DNA of 60,066 nt, filler included, from Squatina squatina (GCA_031763465.1; 3 parts of 2 records of this genome joined end to end with filler, not necessarily neighbours in it), one strand, 5' to 3'. Positions 36,340 to 50,186 are shown, counted from the whole stretch's first letter. Translations and numbers: made by a program. Notes: generated by a model from the sequence alone, not told the origin.

Positions 36340-36883
36340 NNNNNNNNNNNNNNNNNNNNNNNNNNNNNNNNNNNNNNNNNNNNNNNNNNNNNNNNNNNNN
36401 NNNNNNNNNNNNNNNNNNNNNNNNNNNNNNNNNNNNNNNATTGAAAACGTTCTTACCAAAACATATCCTTGGAGAACCATAACGTTCCAACAAACGATGT
36501 CACATCACTTCTATCACTAGAGGGAGCCATACATGTCTCTCCTTAAAACCAAGGAAGCTGTTACTTTACGGTTATTTTATTCCCATATTCTAAACATCTA
36601 CAGCACATTTAACACTCTGTCTTTAGAATAATCTACACATTGCTGATGTATGGAAACTTTGCAATGATCTGGCATTACAATTAAGAAAATTAAATGATAC
36701 TGCAATCTGTATTTCTTGAATGCAGTGCTCTCCAACCATATACAATTGTACTATACATGTTTTGTCAGCTTATTAGCTCAGTACTCAAACATCAGCACTT
36801 AGTCCTGAGTCTTAAAGCAACACTCCATTTTAAAAGGGACATTGATCAAAATAACATTAAAAACAGTGTTAAAACAATGATAA

Positions 36884-37420
36884 AAACTGGAAATCTGAAA
36901 TAACAACAGAAAATGCTGGAAATACACAGCATCTGTGGAGAGAGAAACAGAGTTAGCGTTTCAGGTCAGTGACCTTGCAGAACTAGAAGATGTTACAGAT
37001 GTAACAAATTTTAAGCAAGTACAGAGGAAGGGAAAGGGGGAGGGCAGGAGAGAACAAAAGGGAAGGTCTGTAATAGGGTCTAGATGAGTCACTTTACAGC
37101 CTTCCAGACTCAACATCAAGCTCAACAATTTCAGATCATAACCACTACTTTTTGCTAGTAATGATTCTGCTTCTGTCATTCTCAGCTCCTCTAGACCCAT
37201 CTTTTGTTTCTTTACTTGTCCCATTACTATCTCCTTTTGCCTTGCACCATCATCCCTTTTGTCATTCAATCACTCTTTCCTTCCATCCTATCACAGTCCT
37301 TCTCTTGAAGTTATTTCCTCCCCCCTTTCCCTGCCTCTGTACTTACTTAAGACCGGTTACATCTCTCTAACTCTTTCCAGTTCTGGTGAAAGGTCATCGA
37401 TCCGAAAGGTTAACTCTCTG
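36884..37420. mobile_element. Penelope-like 3' region in inverted arrangement
   Basis: About 36950-37085 is the reverse complement of part of 37290-37420; LQPSRLNIKLNNFRS* resembles a GIY-YIG C-terminus. Confidence 0.6.
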
Positions 37421-40400
37421 GGCAGCCAATTAGTCCGCTAACGCCCACGCTAAAGTAGCGCAAAACGGGCCTTAGTGCCCTAATGCCAATTTTTTCTCTA
37501 AAGTCGTCCGCTCACCTTTTGGGCTCCTCCGATCCCGGGCACTAAAGGAGCGTAGGCCTGGGATCGCTGGAAACACGGCGCTCGGCGCAAGATGGCAGGC
37601 GTGATGTCATCATTGGGCGCAGCACCCAAGATGGTCGCCCACTGAACAATTCGGCCACGTTTCCAGCGGTGACATTGTCCATTTTTTAGGGCGCTGTCAC
37701 CNNNNNNNNNNNNNNNNNNNNNNNNNNNNNNNNNNNNNNNNNNNNNNNNNNNNNNNNNNNNNNNNNNNNNNNNNNNNNNNNNNNNNNNNNNNNNNNNNNN
37801 NCTAATTATTACACTGGGGCAAACACTCTGTATTCTGGAAAATATTATACACATAAATCTGACAAAATCTCAGTAGAGGAATGTTGCTGAACGATCCTTC
37901 ACCACAGGTTTCCTAATGATTGGTAATGTGCTTGTCTACAGTAAATCAATCACAATTCTCCATGGCAGGATCCATACAATTTTTTCTTGTACTCTGTTGA
38001 ATTCCTAGCAGCATTGATGTAATGCTCTAATTATTGTCAAAATTGACACATTACACAATTATTTTCATTTAGATTATCAAGACCAAGTGAAAATGCCTGA
38101 CAGATCTTGCATTATTGATGAGTTTTTATGCAGATAGTTTTGGGAAACATGCACATTTTGCAACAATGCAACATTTAAAGCAATAGATGGATCAATACTG
38201 TTTAAAATGTATAATTGGTCATGTATAATTAATCCATTTGTTGTCATGAACGAGTGATGTAATGACCTCGGTGTAACATGATGTTTCCCCGGCATTTGAA
38301 GTTGACAGGTAACAGCTCCTGCTACGTCTTGTTAAGCATTGATTCCCTCATCCTCTGCCTCACGCAGATGAAACAAAATCAGTGTTAGTTGATCTCCTTG
38401 GCATTGCTCCTGGATAAATGTTAGAAAATGATTCTCCTTGTAACTTTCTCTCTGCTCATCACCCACTTCTGGATTCTTTGCCTCAGTCCCTCTGCCTTAT
38501 TTGTCTTCTCTCTCTATCTATCTGTGCAAGGTGAACTCTTGTTATCTCTTTCTCTCTCTCTCTCTCTCTCCCCCGACTTTCCATACATTGCTCCTGGTTG
38601 CCGACTCCTCTCTTCTATATGTTTCACTTTCTCTCTTTTGTTTATTTCTCACACTCTCCTATTCCTCTCACATATCATGGAGACCTGTAAGATTCAGACT
38701 GTATAATGGTCTGAGGAGAAGGATGCCCTGATAGCCAAGTGTAGCAATACACTAATTACATTCATAAAAAACACGCTCACAATTCCATTACATGTAGCAG
38801 CCAGAGCAATTCTTTTCTCTTAGTGTCTCTTTGGAAGCAATCTCTACTTCACCTTCTTTGCTCTGTTTGTTCTGCTTTTATTCTATTAGTCCTCCACTGC
38901 CCTTTCTTCCTAAATCCTCCTGCTCTAGTTTCTCTGTCTTTCTCTGTAGCATGGCTATACATTGCGGTGAACTTGGATGGACAGTGTAAAGCATAAAAAC
39001 CTCAAGTTTGAAAATCTGTAAGGACTTTTAAGAACTCTTGTAAACCTTTGTGTAAGGTGTAAATGCGAACGCATTGATGTCCATAAGGCTGCTAGACTGT
39101 AACAATAGAAACCAGCTCTGATGTGGTAATGTGTGCTGAAGGGAGTATATGGATCATCGATGGAACCAGATAAGGATGTGTGATGTGGGAAGTAGCCATG
39201 GAAACGCTAGAAGCGAGTCTTGCACTGAACCAGGTGTGAAGATCAGCCAATGGGACAGAAATCAAGTGTGCGGATTAGACTAAGGAGGAAACAGACAGCA
39301 AAGAACTCCACAGTTGGAGGTCTGGGGTAAGGGCTTTAAAAGTATATTACACCTAGACACACATTACTACAGGCAGAGAAGACTGACCTGGTCAGTCACT
39401 GGAAGACATGCTCCACGACACCATCAACGGACCGATCCCCGGGACAATCATGAGCACNNNNNNNNNNNNNNNNNNNNNNNNNNNNNNNNNNNNNNNNNNN
39501 NNNNNNNNNNNNNNNNNNNNNNNNNNNNNNNNNNNNNNNNNNNNNNNNNNNNNNNNNACTGTTTAAATGAATGACTTCTCATTTATTGAACGTAAATAAT
39601 GTATATTTTTCAACTGATTAGATTGCTTTTTATGTTGACAAAAACAAAATTACAGACATCAATATTCCCTTATCTTTTTAACAATGTAATTTGTTCAATA
39701 GTGTTTTTCTAGAATCACTGGAATAATGTTGTTGGAAATAATGCTATTCCATTTTAGTAATGAAGTGGGCCACTTTCAACACACAACATAATTTCTTTCT
39801 CTTACCAAACCACAGACTCGGTACTTAAATTGCTGTTGTAAATCAGGCAAATTCACTGTTTCCCTGGCTCTCTGCAACATATTTTTATATTACCACCATA
39901 AAAAATATTGACTGCTGTAATTTAACAAAAAGCAGAATGTCATTTGTTTATTTTCATGTTAATATCATAGAGCAGTATAACAACCCTACAAACAACAGGA
40001 AACTACATTTTCCTAAATAATTTAAGTAAGTAATGTGTCGCATTAAATAAATTTAAATTGACTTTTGTTGGTGAAATGTGTTTTATCACCATCAATTACA
40101 ATGAGATGGTACTTTAAGAATACTGTTTGCAGTGAGTTTTGATTATTGTACATCAAATATCTGGAAACATTTTTAAAAAATCATAGAAATGCCTTATAAG
40201 ATTATAAATGTCGGTACCACGACCAGTTCCTATCAGTGTCTTATATCAGAAATTCGGACTTGGATGTTCCCAGTGGGGGTTAGTAGGTGGGCTAAGTTGT
40301 ATGCCAGGTTTTAGTATCCAAATGCAATATAACCCAGGTTGTAATGGACACATGTAGATAACTAAGCAGTTTATACCCAAATAAAATATATAGACCTTTT

Positions 40401-40723
40401 TGTGCAATTCATTCCTAACGCACATCACCAACCCGTCTCTCAACCCCTCCATTGTCTCTGTTGTCACCCTGCTTGTCTGACATCCTGTCCTGGATTAGCC
40501 ACAATTTCCTCCATTTAGATATTTGGATGACAGGAGCCATTGCCTTCAGCCCCCACCACAACCTCTNNNNNNNNNNNNNNNNNNNNNNNNNNNNNNNNNN
40601 NNNNNNNNNNNNNNNNNNNNNNNNNNNNNNNNNNNNNNNNNNNNNNNNNNNNNNNNNNNNNNNNNNTGAATAATTGTTGCCCAATAATGTACATTGCGTT
40701 TATGGAGTGAGAAGTGCTCTTAC

Positions 40724-40970
40724 ACAATAATTGGATGCCTGAAGCCAAGTTTTCTCGTTGACTCTTCAATTTCCTTTTCCAACCAAGATTGTGGACGTAT
40801 CAAATACTTGACGAACTGTGAAACCCACCAGACAGAGGGGTCTCCGTGGAGATGGGTTAATCGACCTGCGAGGTCTTCAGGAATAGCCAAGGGCAGATAT
40901 GGCGGTCGCGGGTGTAGGCTGTCAACTATAGGCAGTTCCACCACTTGTACATCTTTATCGTTGGCCTCAC
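40724..40970 (-). CDS. FUT8: Alpha-1,6-fucosyltransferase internal exon
   Basis: TAG acceptor, GTAAGA donor, 247 bp, [34 protein letters not shown]...[14 protein letters not shown]...GFRHPII; lies upstream of GPHN on the same strand. Confidence 0.96.
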
Positions 40971-42779
40971 CTAAAAATAAAATTTGCACAAATCTGAATC
41001 TCAAATGCATTTCATTAAATCACGAATGCTTGGCTGTACTGAAAGGGTGGGAGTGCGAGGGTGCTTTTAGTGCACACTGCTATCAGCTGCTGAGCTGGTA
41101 TTTCAAACAACTTAGAGGTGGTTAGAGAATGTTGTCAGTTTTCTGCTTGAACTGTAGTTAACCTGTTGCCAGAAGAGCCACAGACCTTCATTGAGCTGGA
41201 TTTAGGGAGAGGCAAAAAAAAACCCAGCAAGGGCAAACAAAGTGAAAAAATTCTATAAAAAATGTGAAAAAAATTACATCAACTTTCAAAAAAAATAACA
41301 GATACCAGCAATATTCTTGGCCAAGTGACATTTATTTCTTGATAATCAATCGAGAATTAAATTCCAGGAGACTCACAGTGATGTCAGCACAATCTTAATC
41401 CTTCTGATTGTGTCACTCATCCCTGTAAATTAAAAACCCATCAAAAACAAAATAAACACTTAATTTCAAAGTGTTTTGTCTAGTATGCATCCGCCACACT
41501 CCAGACATTATACTCCAAAGTGTGTCACTTTGACACAGATGGAAAAATCATGTTAAAATAGAGCAAGAGGGCTCCATTGGCCAGTTGCCGGAACAACACA
41601 AGCACTTTTCTAATCTACAACGTTCTCTCATTTTAAAGAAATTTGACTTTCTGACCATAAAGGGACATGGCCTCTCTTTAGTAGCAGAATTATATACAGA
41701 AATACATAGAGGCAACACAGAACTAGACCATTCAGTCCAACAGGTCCATGTTGGTGATTGCCCTCCACATGTGCATTAACAATAAAAGATTCCTGACCTT
41801 GTGAAGCTGTCTATATGAGCAATGCCATGGGAGATCCATTTTGAAAATATCAAATGGATGTACAAGAGTGATTTACAGCATTTAATCTCATTTATTGGTT
41901 AAACGTTGATTATTTCATTGCTCTGTACACACAAATTAGTCACCGCTTCCTTAAAAATTGTCCTGCCTTAATTTTATTTTGCTCTGACTGATCTCATTTG
42001 AAAACAAAAAAGTTAAAAGAATGCAGCAAAAGGTAGAAATGATCAGAAATGCATCAAGGATGTTGTGAGCAAAGCCCCTCCCCATCCTTTCTATATCTTG
42101 TGATACATCACCATGGAGATATGCAAGAATATTGGTTTTAATAGAAATAATTATTCACAATGAAAATCCAGCTTCTTAACCAAGAAAAAAAAAATCAATT
42201 TCTCCCCTTAAACTGCTGGACCTGGATTTCTATTCTGTATTAAATTGGGTTTTTACCATAGTGAAGGTTCGCTTTTTCTTCCTTGCTCAAGAGAGATCCC
42301 AGCACCATGACAATGCCTAAAGTTATGAGCAGGCAAGTAATCTTCTGAGGTCCTAGCAATGGTGCTGTGTTAATGGGAATTGTGCAAAACTTGACCAAGT
42401 TGCCTGGCCAAATCCTACTGCTCATTGGCTCAGGGCATTTGAGACAGTAATGCAGCATACCACCAGCAATGACATAACTCCCATAGTTGTTAACAGTCCA
42501 AACAGCACATTGAAACTGCTTTAAGACCTGACTTTACCTGAAATCAGTGGAACTTTTAAATCGGTAAGTACTGAACTGCACAAAATAGCTGGCATGCTTA
42601 ATACTTTGAAGCGGAACCTTTGTAATTGACTTCTGTGGCAATGTGGGAAAATAGATATGTTTTTACATCATTCTAATATNNNNNNNNNNNNNNNNNNNNN
42701 NNNNNNNNNNNNNNNNNNNNNNNNNNNNNNNNNNNNNNNNNNNNNNNNNNNNNNNNNNNNNNNNNNNNNNNNNNNNNNN

Positions 42780-42965
42780 CCTGGTTCTCACTTTTCTACT
42801 AGGTCTCCTAGACACAAACTCCCCAACCAGTGGAAATAGTGTCTCTCTAACTACCCTATCAGTTCCCCTTAATATCCTGAAAACTTCGATCAGATCACCC
42901 CTTAACCTTCTAAATTCGAGGAAATACAACACTAGTTTGTGTAATCTCTCCTCATAACTTAACTC
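42780..42965 (-). mobile_element. CR1-type LINE fragment
   Basis: LEFRRLRGDLIEVFRILRG motif. Confidence 0.75.
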
Positions 42966-43484
42966 GAAAGTACCTGTGAATTAGCTGATGCTATTCCAGC
43001 TGCATGAACGGTTTCATCTCGACTCCATATTCTGTCAGATCTGGCACTACATCCTGATTCAATCATTCTGCCATTTCTTGCAAAAGTTCTACGTGTTGCA
43101 TTTGGAGTTTCAGTCAGTCTGAAATATCCTGACCAGTGTAACCTCTGCTTGTAACCTCTGTAAATCCACTATCAGAGCTACTAAACGCAACGTGCAGAAA
43201 AGCACCACCAACTGTTGGTGTATTTTTATTCTCTGTCTGAAGCTTTGCCAAAACTCTCTCTCTTAAGACCATAAGACCATAAGAAGTATGAGCAGGAGTA
43301 GGCCATTCGGCCTGTCGGGCCAGCTCCGCCATTCAATTGGATCATGGCTGATCCAACATTTCTCAAGTCCACCTCCCCGCCTTCNNNNNNNNNNNNNNNN
43401 NNNNNNNNNNNNNNNNNNNNNNNNNNNNNNNNNNNNNNNNNNNNNNNNNNNNNNNNNNNNNNNNNNNNNNNNNNNNNNNNNNNN

Positions 43485-44057
43485 TTTATTGAAGTTTTGA
43501 CAGTTCTTGACAGATCGCTGAGAACTGTCAAAACTTCAATAAAAGATACACCTACCTGATTAGCTGGGGCCTCCCATGTGACCTCTCCAGCCTCTTCAGT
43601 TGGACTTGCCCGGGAATCTCCAACTCGGGGGGGGCTGAAGATCACAAACTCCTGTGGATCCAGGACCCTTAGGTAAATATGTAATTTTTTTTGCAATTGG
43701 AGGCATCCGCACGCAGTGGGGGGGAGAGGCTTGTTCTTGGGCGATCGGCTGCCACACATCCACCGACAATAACGCCGGTCGATGTTTCAAGATGGCGGCC
43801 GCCGGCACAGGCCATGCGCCTTTAAGGGCCCCTGGCAATGACAGGAAAAACCCGTCGTTGCCAGCACCAGTGGCGTCGTGGAGGAGGCCGCCTCCAAATC
43901 CAGAGACGGCGACCCCGCGGCGCACGGTGGCGTGGCAGGCGAGCACACGGCATTATGACGTCACGCGTCCGATGCCGGCACCAACTGCGTCCCCGGCGGC
44001 AGGGCCTATACGCTGCCGGGGCGCCAGGCCCTATAAGACATTATTAAATTTTAGGCC
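43485..44057. mobile_element. GC-rich non-autonomous DNA transposon-like fragment with internal hairpin
   Basis: Perfect 23-bp inverted repeat at 43485-43543; ends in AAATTTTAGGCC like other GC-rich repeats here. Confidence 0.45.
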
Positions 44058-45868
44058 TCAATGCTGATTTCATGCCCGAGTTATGCTGCTATTCGGCACT
44101 ACCCGGGTGTAAGGTCAGACCAATTCGGGCCCCCAAGTGTTTAAACTGTCCAGCAATGGTTCCAATTAACTCGAGGAGAGTGTGACCAACTCAAAATTCA
44201 TTAGGGTCAAACACCAGTTATCTGCATCAGATTGTGCCTGACTGAATCAGCTGTTCTGTTAACTACAATGAAAAGGGCTAGCCAGTGTTGTGATGTACTA
44301 TCGCTTCTGGTCTCTTGACTGATGATAGCTTACAGGCTGCTTCTGTTTAGAATTACTTCATGTGAGAGAATTGCAGCTGATGGCAGCAGGTGCCCCTTCT
44401 CCTTGATGTATCTGTGAGCCTTGTCGATGAAAAGTAATGATACCGGCAATCCAGTGGGCACCCCTTGGCAACCATCAGTTCCAACAGTAGCGGCAGGCAT
44501 TATGGAGCTGTAAATTACTTCATGGATCATGGTTCTCCCTCCAGACAGCAATAACTGTGGAACTGTAACAGTAATCTAATACNNNNNNNNNNNNNNNNNN
44601 NNNNNNNNNNNNNNNNNNNNNNNNNNNNNNNNNNNNNNNNNNNNNNNNNNNNNNNNNNNNNNNNNNNNNNNNNNNNNNNNNNTGGCGCCTACACTTGTCA
44701 CCACTTTTAACTGGCATGTTTTGGGTAGACGAGGCCTTCATAAATATGTAAAATTCTGGGTCCTATGACTTAAATAGGACCCTGATGCAATATTAACGTG
44801 TAGTGGCACGAGCCATAGCCAGAGAAAAATGGCGGCAGACAGAACCTGGCCCGGTAGAGGTCTGAGAAAGTAAGGTTTCTACATTTTTTAATGGCTGCCT
44901 TGTGGGCTAGATGGAGCAGAAGTGCTCTTCTGGGCCCCACAAGAAAACCTCGTGCCTCTTCTCCATTCACATCCCCACCTCCCCCACCCCCACTTCCACC
45001 AACTACCAAGCACTATTCCTGAGGATCCCCGCTGCAAACTTCTGCCTCACAAAATCCCCCTCCTGGCTGCTGGCCAGGTACGGATTCCCACTGGGATCGG
45101 GTGGGAGACTCACCTAAGGTGCCTCAGTGGCTCAGGCCTCACTCTGGTGTGCCCAGGTGAGCTTAACGCTCATCCTGCTGTCTCCACACCGAACTCGCAC
45201 CACAAGTTAAAGTCAGGGCTCAAGAAATTCGAACTTACCTATCTCTAAATGTCCTGATATAGTCATGCACATTATCACGCATCGCTGCTGTTCAGAGCTA
45301 TGTGTGTGGCAGGCACTGCTGAGTTACAGTAAGAGTGTACACTACACATCTCTCCTAACAGAAGAAAGTTTTCCGTTAAGGAATTTTGATGACTGTTGGA
45401 GTTTACTTGGATACGTCATCTTTTTTCTCTCAAGTTAAAATGAAAAATGATTAGCTTCCCAACATCTTTCCTCTCAGCTCCTGTTCCTCACCTCAAGGGA
45501 ACTGCCTGTCTTCTCTGTCTGTCTGGTAAGACTGGATCCATTCTCAGTCACTGACTGTCCCTGACCACTCCCTGTTCTGTTGCCATGTCCTTGCGTTAGT
45601 TGGCGACACGCAAGCATTGCACTGCGAGGCTGAAATGTACAAGTCTAACCTTCTGTCGTCACTTCTTCTTTCACTGTTAGACAAAATTAAGCACAAATTA
45701 AGTTTCTGGTGCTTTACAGTTCAAAACAACAAAAGAAAATGCACAATGAGAGGTGAGACTTTAACTTCAACCTTGCTTGTGATTAAATCCTAGTTAATTA
45801 GTGTATGAAGTGTTGGATTTAAAAAACAGATGGGATAACATTTCCATTCAATTGCCATTCGGACAGTT

Positions 45869-45968
45869 NNNNNNNNNNNNNNNNNNNNNNNNNNNNNNNN
45901 NNNNNNNNNNNNTTAATTAATTAANNNNNNNNNNNNNNNNNNNNNNNNNNNNNNNNNNNNNNNNNNNN
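45869..45968. other. Artificial scaffold spacer (44 N + TTAATTAATTAA + 44 N)
   Basis: Identical to 18915-19014. Confidence 0.95.
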
Positions 45969-46480
45969 GCACAGTTCTAGCCTCGATACTACAAAAAGTA
46001 TATAGAAGGACTGGAAAAAGTGAAAAATAGATTTACAAGGATAAGACCAAAACTAAGAGCGTACAACTATCAGGAAAGATTTGAACATGGTTCTCTAAAA
46101 AAGAGAAAGCTGAGGGGTGACCTAATAGAGGCCTTTAAAACTATGAAAAGGTTTGATAGGGTAGATGTAGAGAAAATGTTCCCACTTGTGGGGGAGACCA
46201 GAACTATGGGCCATAATATAAAATAGTCATTATTAAATCCAATGAGGAATTCAGGAGAAACTTCTTTACTCAGAGAGTGATGAGAATGTGAAACTCATTA
46301 CCACATGTACTGGTTGAGATGAATAGCATAGTTGCATTTAAAGGGAAGCTAGATGTGGGAGAAAAGAATAGAAGGATATGTTGATAGCATGAGATGTAGT
46401 AAGGTGGAAGGAGACTTGTGTAGAGCATACACCTGCTGGGCCAAGTAACCTGTTCTTATGGTATAAAGTTCTATGTAATT
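45969..46480 (+). mobile_element. CR1-type LINE 3' end
   Basis: LKKRKLRGDLIEAFKTMKRFDRVDVEKMFPLVGETRT and a TTCTATG tail. Confidence 0.8.
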
Positions 46481-48984
46481 CTGTATATGAAGCATATGAT
46501 ATCATGATGCAAGTTTCGCCTCATTTTCATGGAAAATAGTTGGGCACTTGTTGAAAAAATACTTAACCTCATGGATCTGGCCCTTCTCATCTGCATTCAG
46601 CTGCCAGGTTTCCCGTGTCCTCGGAAACTTGGCCAGCAGCCATTAAATTCCTGGCTTGGGTTAATGGGCGTTGATAAGGTTTTCAGCCACCTGCTCAAAA
46701 CACTAAAGTTTTCATGATATTAACTGTCATATATTATCCCTTAAGAGTTATAAAAGTTGATTTTTAAAAAATAATTTGTGCAATTGCTTGGGCAAGCAGC
46801 TCCCAGGGTGCTTGAAATAGTTGATAAAGGAGAATTCTCAAGAATGCTCAGGTCTACTTTTCACAGTAAGCAACTTCACTGCTCTACAAATCTTATATCA
46901 CTTAACCCAGTGATGTAATTACATAGCCCTATTTGGCAGGCTACAGAGAAAATCCATTTCCTGCTCCTGACTCAGTACAATATGAAGTTATTAAGGCCAG
47001 TAGACTGGAGGAGGATGGTAATTGTTCACCTGTACACCCAAACACAGTTAGTGTAAATATCCTACTGCAGGCAGCTCAAAATTATCCTAGCAGATTATAT
47101 ATATATATAAAGGAGCATATTTCCAAATCAATTAATTCCTTCTTCCCTACAATCTTTCCTCCTCTCATGAAGGCATTGACTTGTGCTCGAATATGATACT
47201 ATGGGTACCAGCCACTCTCTTATACTGTGCCCAAGTGTCTGTTCCTGGTGTGGGAACAGTGAGTGTTGGCAGGCTATTCAACCAGGGGCATTGTAACTGC
47301 ACCTGAACCTGTACTTACCAGCATCTAAACGTAGCAGGAGTCACTGGATAGAGATCAGGAGTGGGAGTGCTGATGTTTTCCTCTCTCTAGCTCAGGGGGT
47401 GTTTCGGCCAATTGTAGTTACATTAACGTCTCTCCCTTTTCGCCCAGTGAGCTCCACACAGATATTGAAACTGGAAAGTCTCTGGCCTGTGTGGCTCAGA
47501 ACAGCACTGAAGAATGCACTTAACAAATGAGTCACTGGGGGAGATAGTGATTAATATTTTACAAAGTGCAATATTACTTNNNNNNNNNNNNNNNNNNNNN
47601 NNNNNNNNNNNNNNNNNNNNNNNNNNNNNNNNNNNNNNNNNNNNNNNNNNNNNNNNNNNNNNNNNNNNNNNNNNNNNNNCTGTAAAGTAATATAGTTTTC
47701 AGGTTCATTATGACACAGGAAGTACATGCCGTATCTGAGACTTTTAATATAAATCAATGTAGATAGTTATCTCCCAATAATTTGCTGCTCAACTTCTGCT
47801 CATTCTTTATAAGTCATCCATGACTAATCTCTCTGTACCCAAGTTTATGAAGCACTGAGGTCATCAGTACTGCAATACAATTTAATAGCCTTGTCACAGA
47901 AAATAGAGAAAAAAACATTAGAAATGATATAGTTATGGGTTGGGGGAGGCTGCATTTACTGTCCAAGCTGCAGAAGGTGCTGAGTCTGAAGTATGTTTTT
48001 TTTTAAATCCAAACACTAGGAAATCAGACAGATTGCAAATCACATCACTCATTGATTCTATTGCTGTGAACAGTGTGGGTTTGCTCACAAGCAGTGGGCA
48101 AAGTCAAATCTATTATGTAGTACATGCATGACAGAAAGTGATCTCGAACATTGATACAAAAACAGGCAAAGTAGAGCAATGTTTAGTCTTTAAGCATGCA
48201 GAGGGAGAGCAGCAACAATGTTGGACATGATTCTGCACCATGATTCTGTTTCATTGGCCTTTCTGGTGATGGGAGACCCTGAAGATGGGTAAATCCAAGG
48301 AAGAGGCACTTCTTAGCAGCCTGTGTGGGGATTATACTGTGAAAATCTGGGAGTGGTCCATGAAGCTGCCATGGGCATTGCCTGCGACAGCTTCATGGAG
48401 CGTGTACCGGTCTGTAGGCCGCTTGTGGGGTGAAAATTAAAGGGGAAGTGCGGCAGTAAAAAAAAATGGCTGACTTACCTTCTTCTTTGTAGATCTTGCA
48501 GCTCAGCACTCTGCTTGTGTGCCGGGCTACTGCCACAGCACTCCGCTCCCTGGTGGTCCTGCGATGGCCCCGTTTCCCTCCAACAGAATCGGCAGCTTGG
48601 CCCCTCCCTTTACTGGAAGGGGAGGGCCCTGTCTACACGCCAGCCCTCCAAGTAGCGCTGGAAACTTTGCGTCCCTTTGTGTCCCAGTCCCAGATATTTT
48701 GCACTTCAGTTCCTCTCGGGGTTGGTAAGCCCAAAATAGCTCACAGGACGGGACTTCCGCGCCTGGTGCAGGAACTCCTACCTCATGGCTGGTAGGGCGC
48801 CCAATTGGGGCGGTACCAAATTTTGCTCCCTATGTTATAAATAAAGATTGCATTCTTCAGGGCTTTAGGTTTTGGAACTGCGCTGTGCAAATTTTCGTGT
48901 GGGAAATTCTTCATCCATTATTTTAACAGTGGCATTAACTAGAAGATCACAGGAATGCCAGTGGGGTGCAGCAAAAAACTGTAC

Positions 48985-49160
48985 GGTCCTGAAATTCCAC
49001 AGAGGTTCTCCCAGTCTCCTGGTGAAACACGCCTGGGAAGTAGAGAAGGCGCTGGAGAAATGACGCAATTGGCCATTGGCGCCATTTCTCACCATGTTGC
49101 CACCGGTCTCCCAGTGACGTTATAGCAGAAGACTGGGAGGACTCATTGAATTTCAGAGCC
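48985..49160. mobile_element. Palindromic MITE (PIF/Harbinger-like)
   Basis: About 35-bp imperfect terminal inverted repeats, symmetric centre at 49072/49073, flanks TAC and TAT. Confidence 0.7.
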
Positions 49161-50186
49161 TATGTGTGTCTTTAGTGTTGAAATGTTCAAACCCCAGCAA
49201 ATGATATATCAAACAGGCCAATGTTAATTGAACTCTAAATAATAGAGAAGCCTTTTACAGCTGGATCAGGATTATGCCCAGATTAACATTTCCAAATAAT
49301 GGGAGCGAAATTGAACTCACTTGGTATATTGGCATTTTATGTCTGGATTCAGTCTTCATCTGCTGCATTTTTGTTCCTGTTCGTACATTACCTGTGGAGT
49401 GGGTAGCAGTAAAGCAAGCAATGTTTAAGCAGATGGTTTGGAGAATTTCTGTGCCTTTGTTCAATATCAGTGCAGAAGGTACTCATCTTAACCCATAAAC
49501 AATATTCCTCTGTCAAATTTGTGTTGAATAATTCAAAATACAGTGAGTCATACAGATATTTGGCAGTAACACAGACAGGCAATATCTTCTGTCAGCTACC
49601 CAATGATACGGATCACACCATTTTCCTGTCAGTCCTGCCACTAGCAATACATCACCTGNNNNNNNNNNNNNNNNNNNNNNNNNNNNNNNNNNNNNNNNNN
49701 NNNNNNNNNNNNNNNNNNNNNNNNNNNNNNNNNNNNNNNNNNNNNNNNNNNNNNNNNNAAGCAAATACAGCAGCCCAGTCTTGAAACAGGACCTTATCAG
49801 AGGCACTTTCAAATGGTTTCCATGCCACTTTATTGTGAATACAACAAACCTAGCGGGGCAGACGACTATTCGCTGCACCTAGACTGCCTGGAAACATGAT
49901 TGTTACCAAGTATGAGCAGGCAACCAATGATGAACCTCAGCAAACCTTAAGCAAGATGCTTTAAAAGGAAAGTAACCAATATCAGGGAAGGAAGGAGTAT
50001 GAGGCTGCAATCCAATATCCAGGATCAGGGTCAGAGCAGGTCAGATCTAGAAAAAGAACACTCAATTTTGAATACTGGAAGCCCTCACAGAATATAGTCT
50101 CATGACTCACTCAGATTGATACCCAAGTTTATGTACATGGAAAAGTTGTTTGCTAAAGTCAGCCATACAGGGGTTAGTGTAAACAA

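Noticed and set aside
43114-43332. VLAKL as the FUT8 stem-region exon
   Set aside because: Similarity is limited to a few residues, with no splice sites, and it is partly a CR1 tail.
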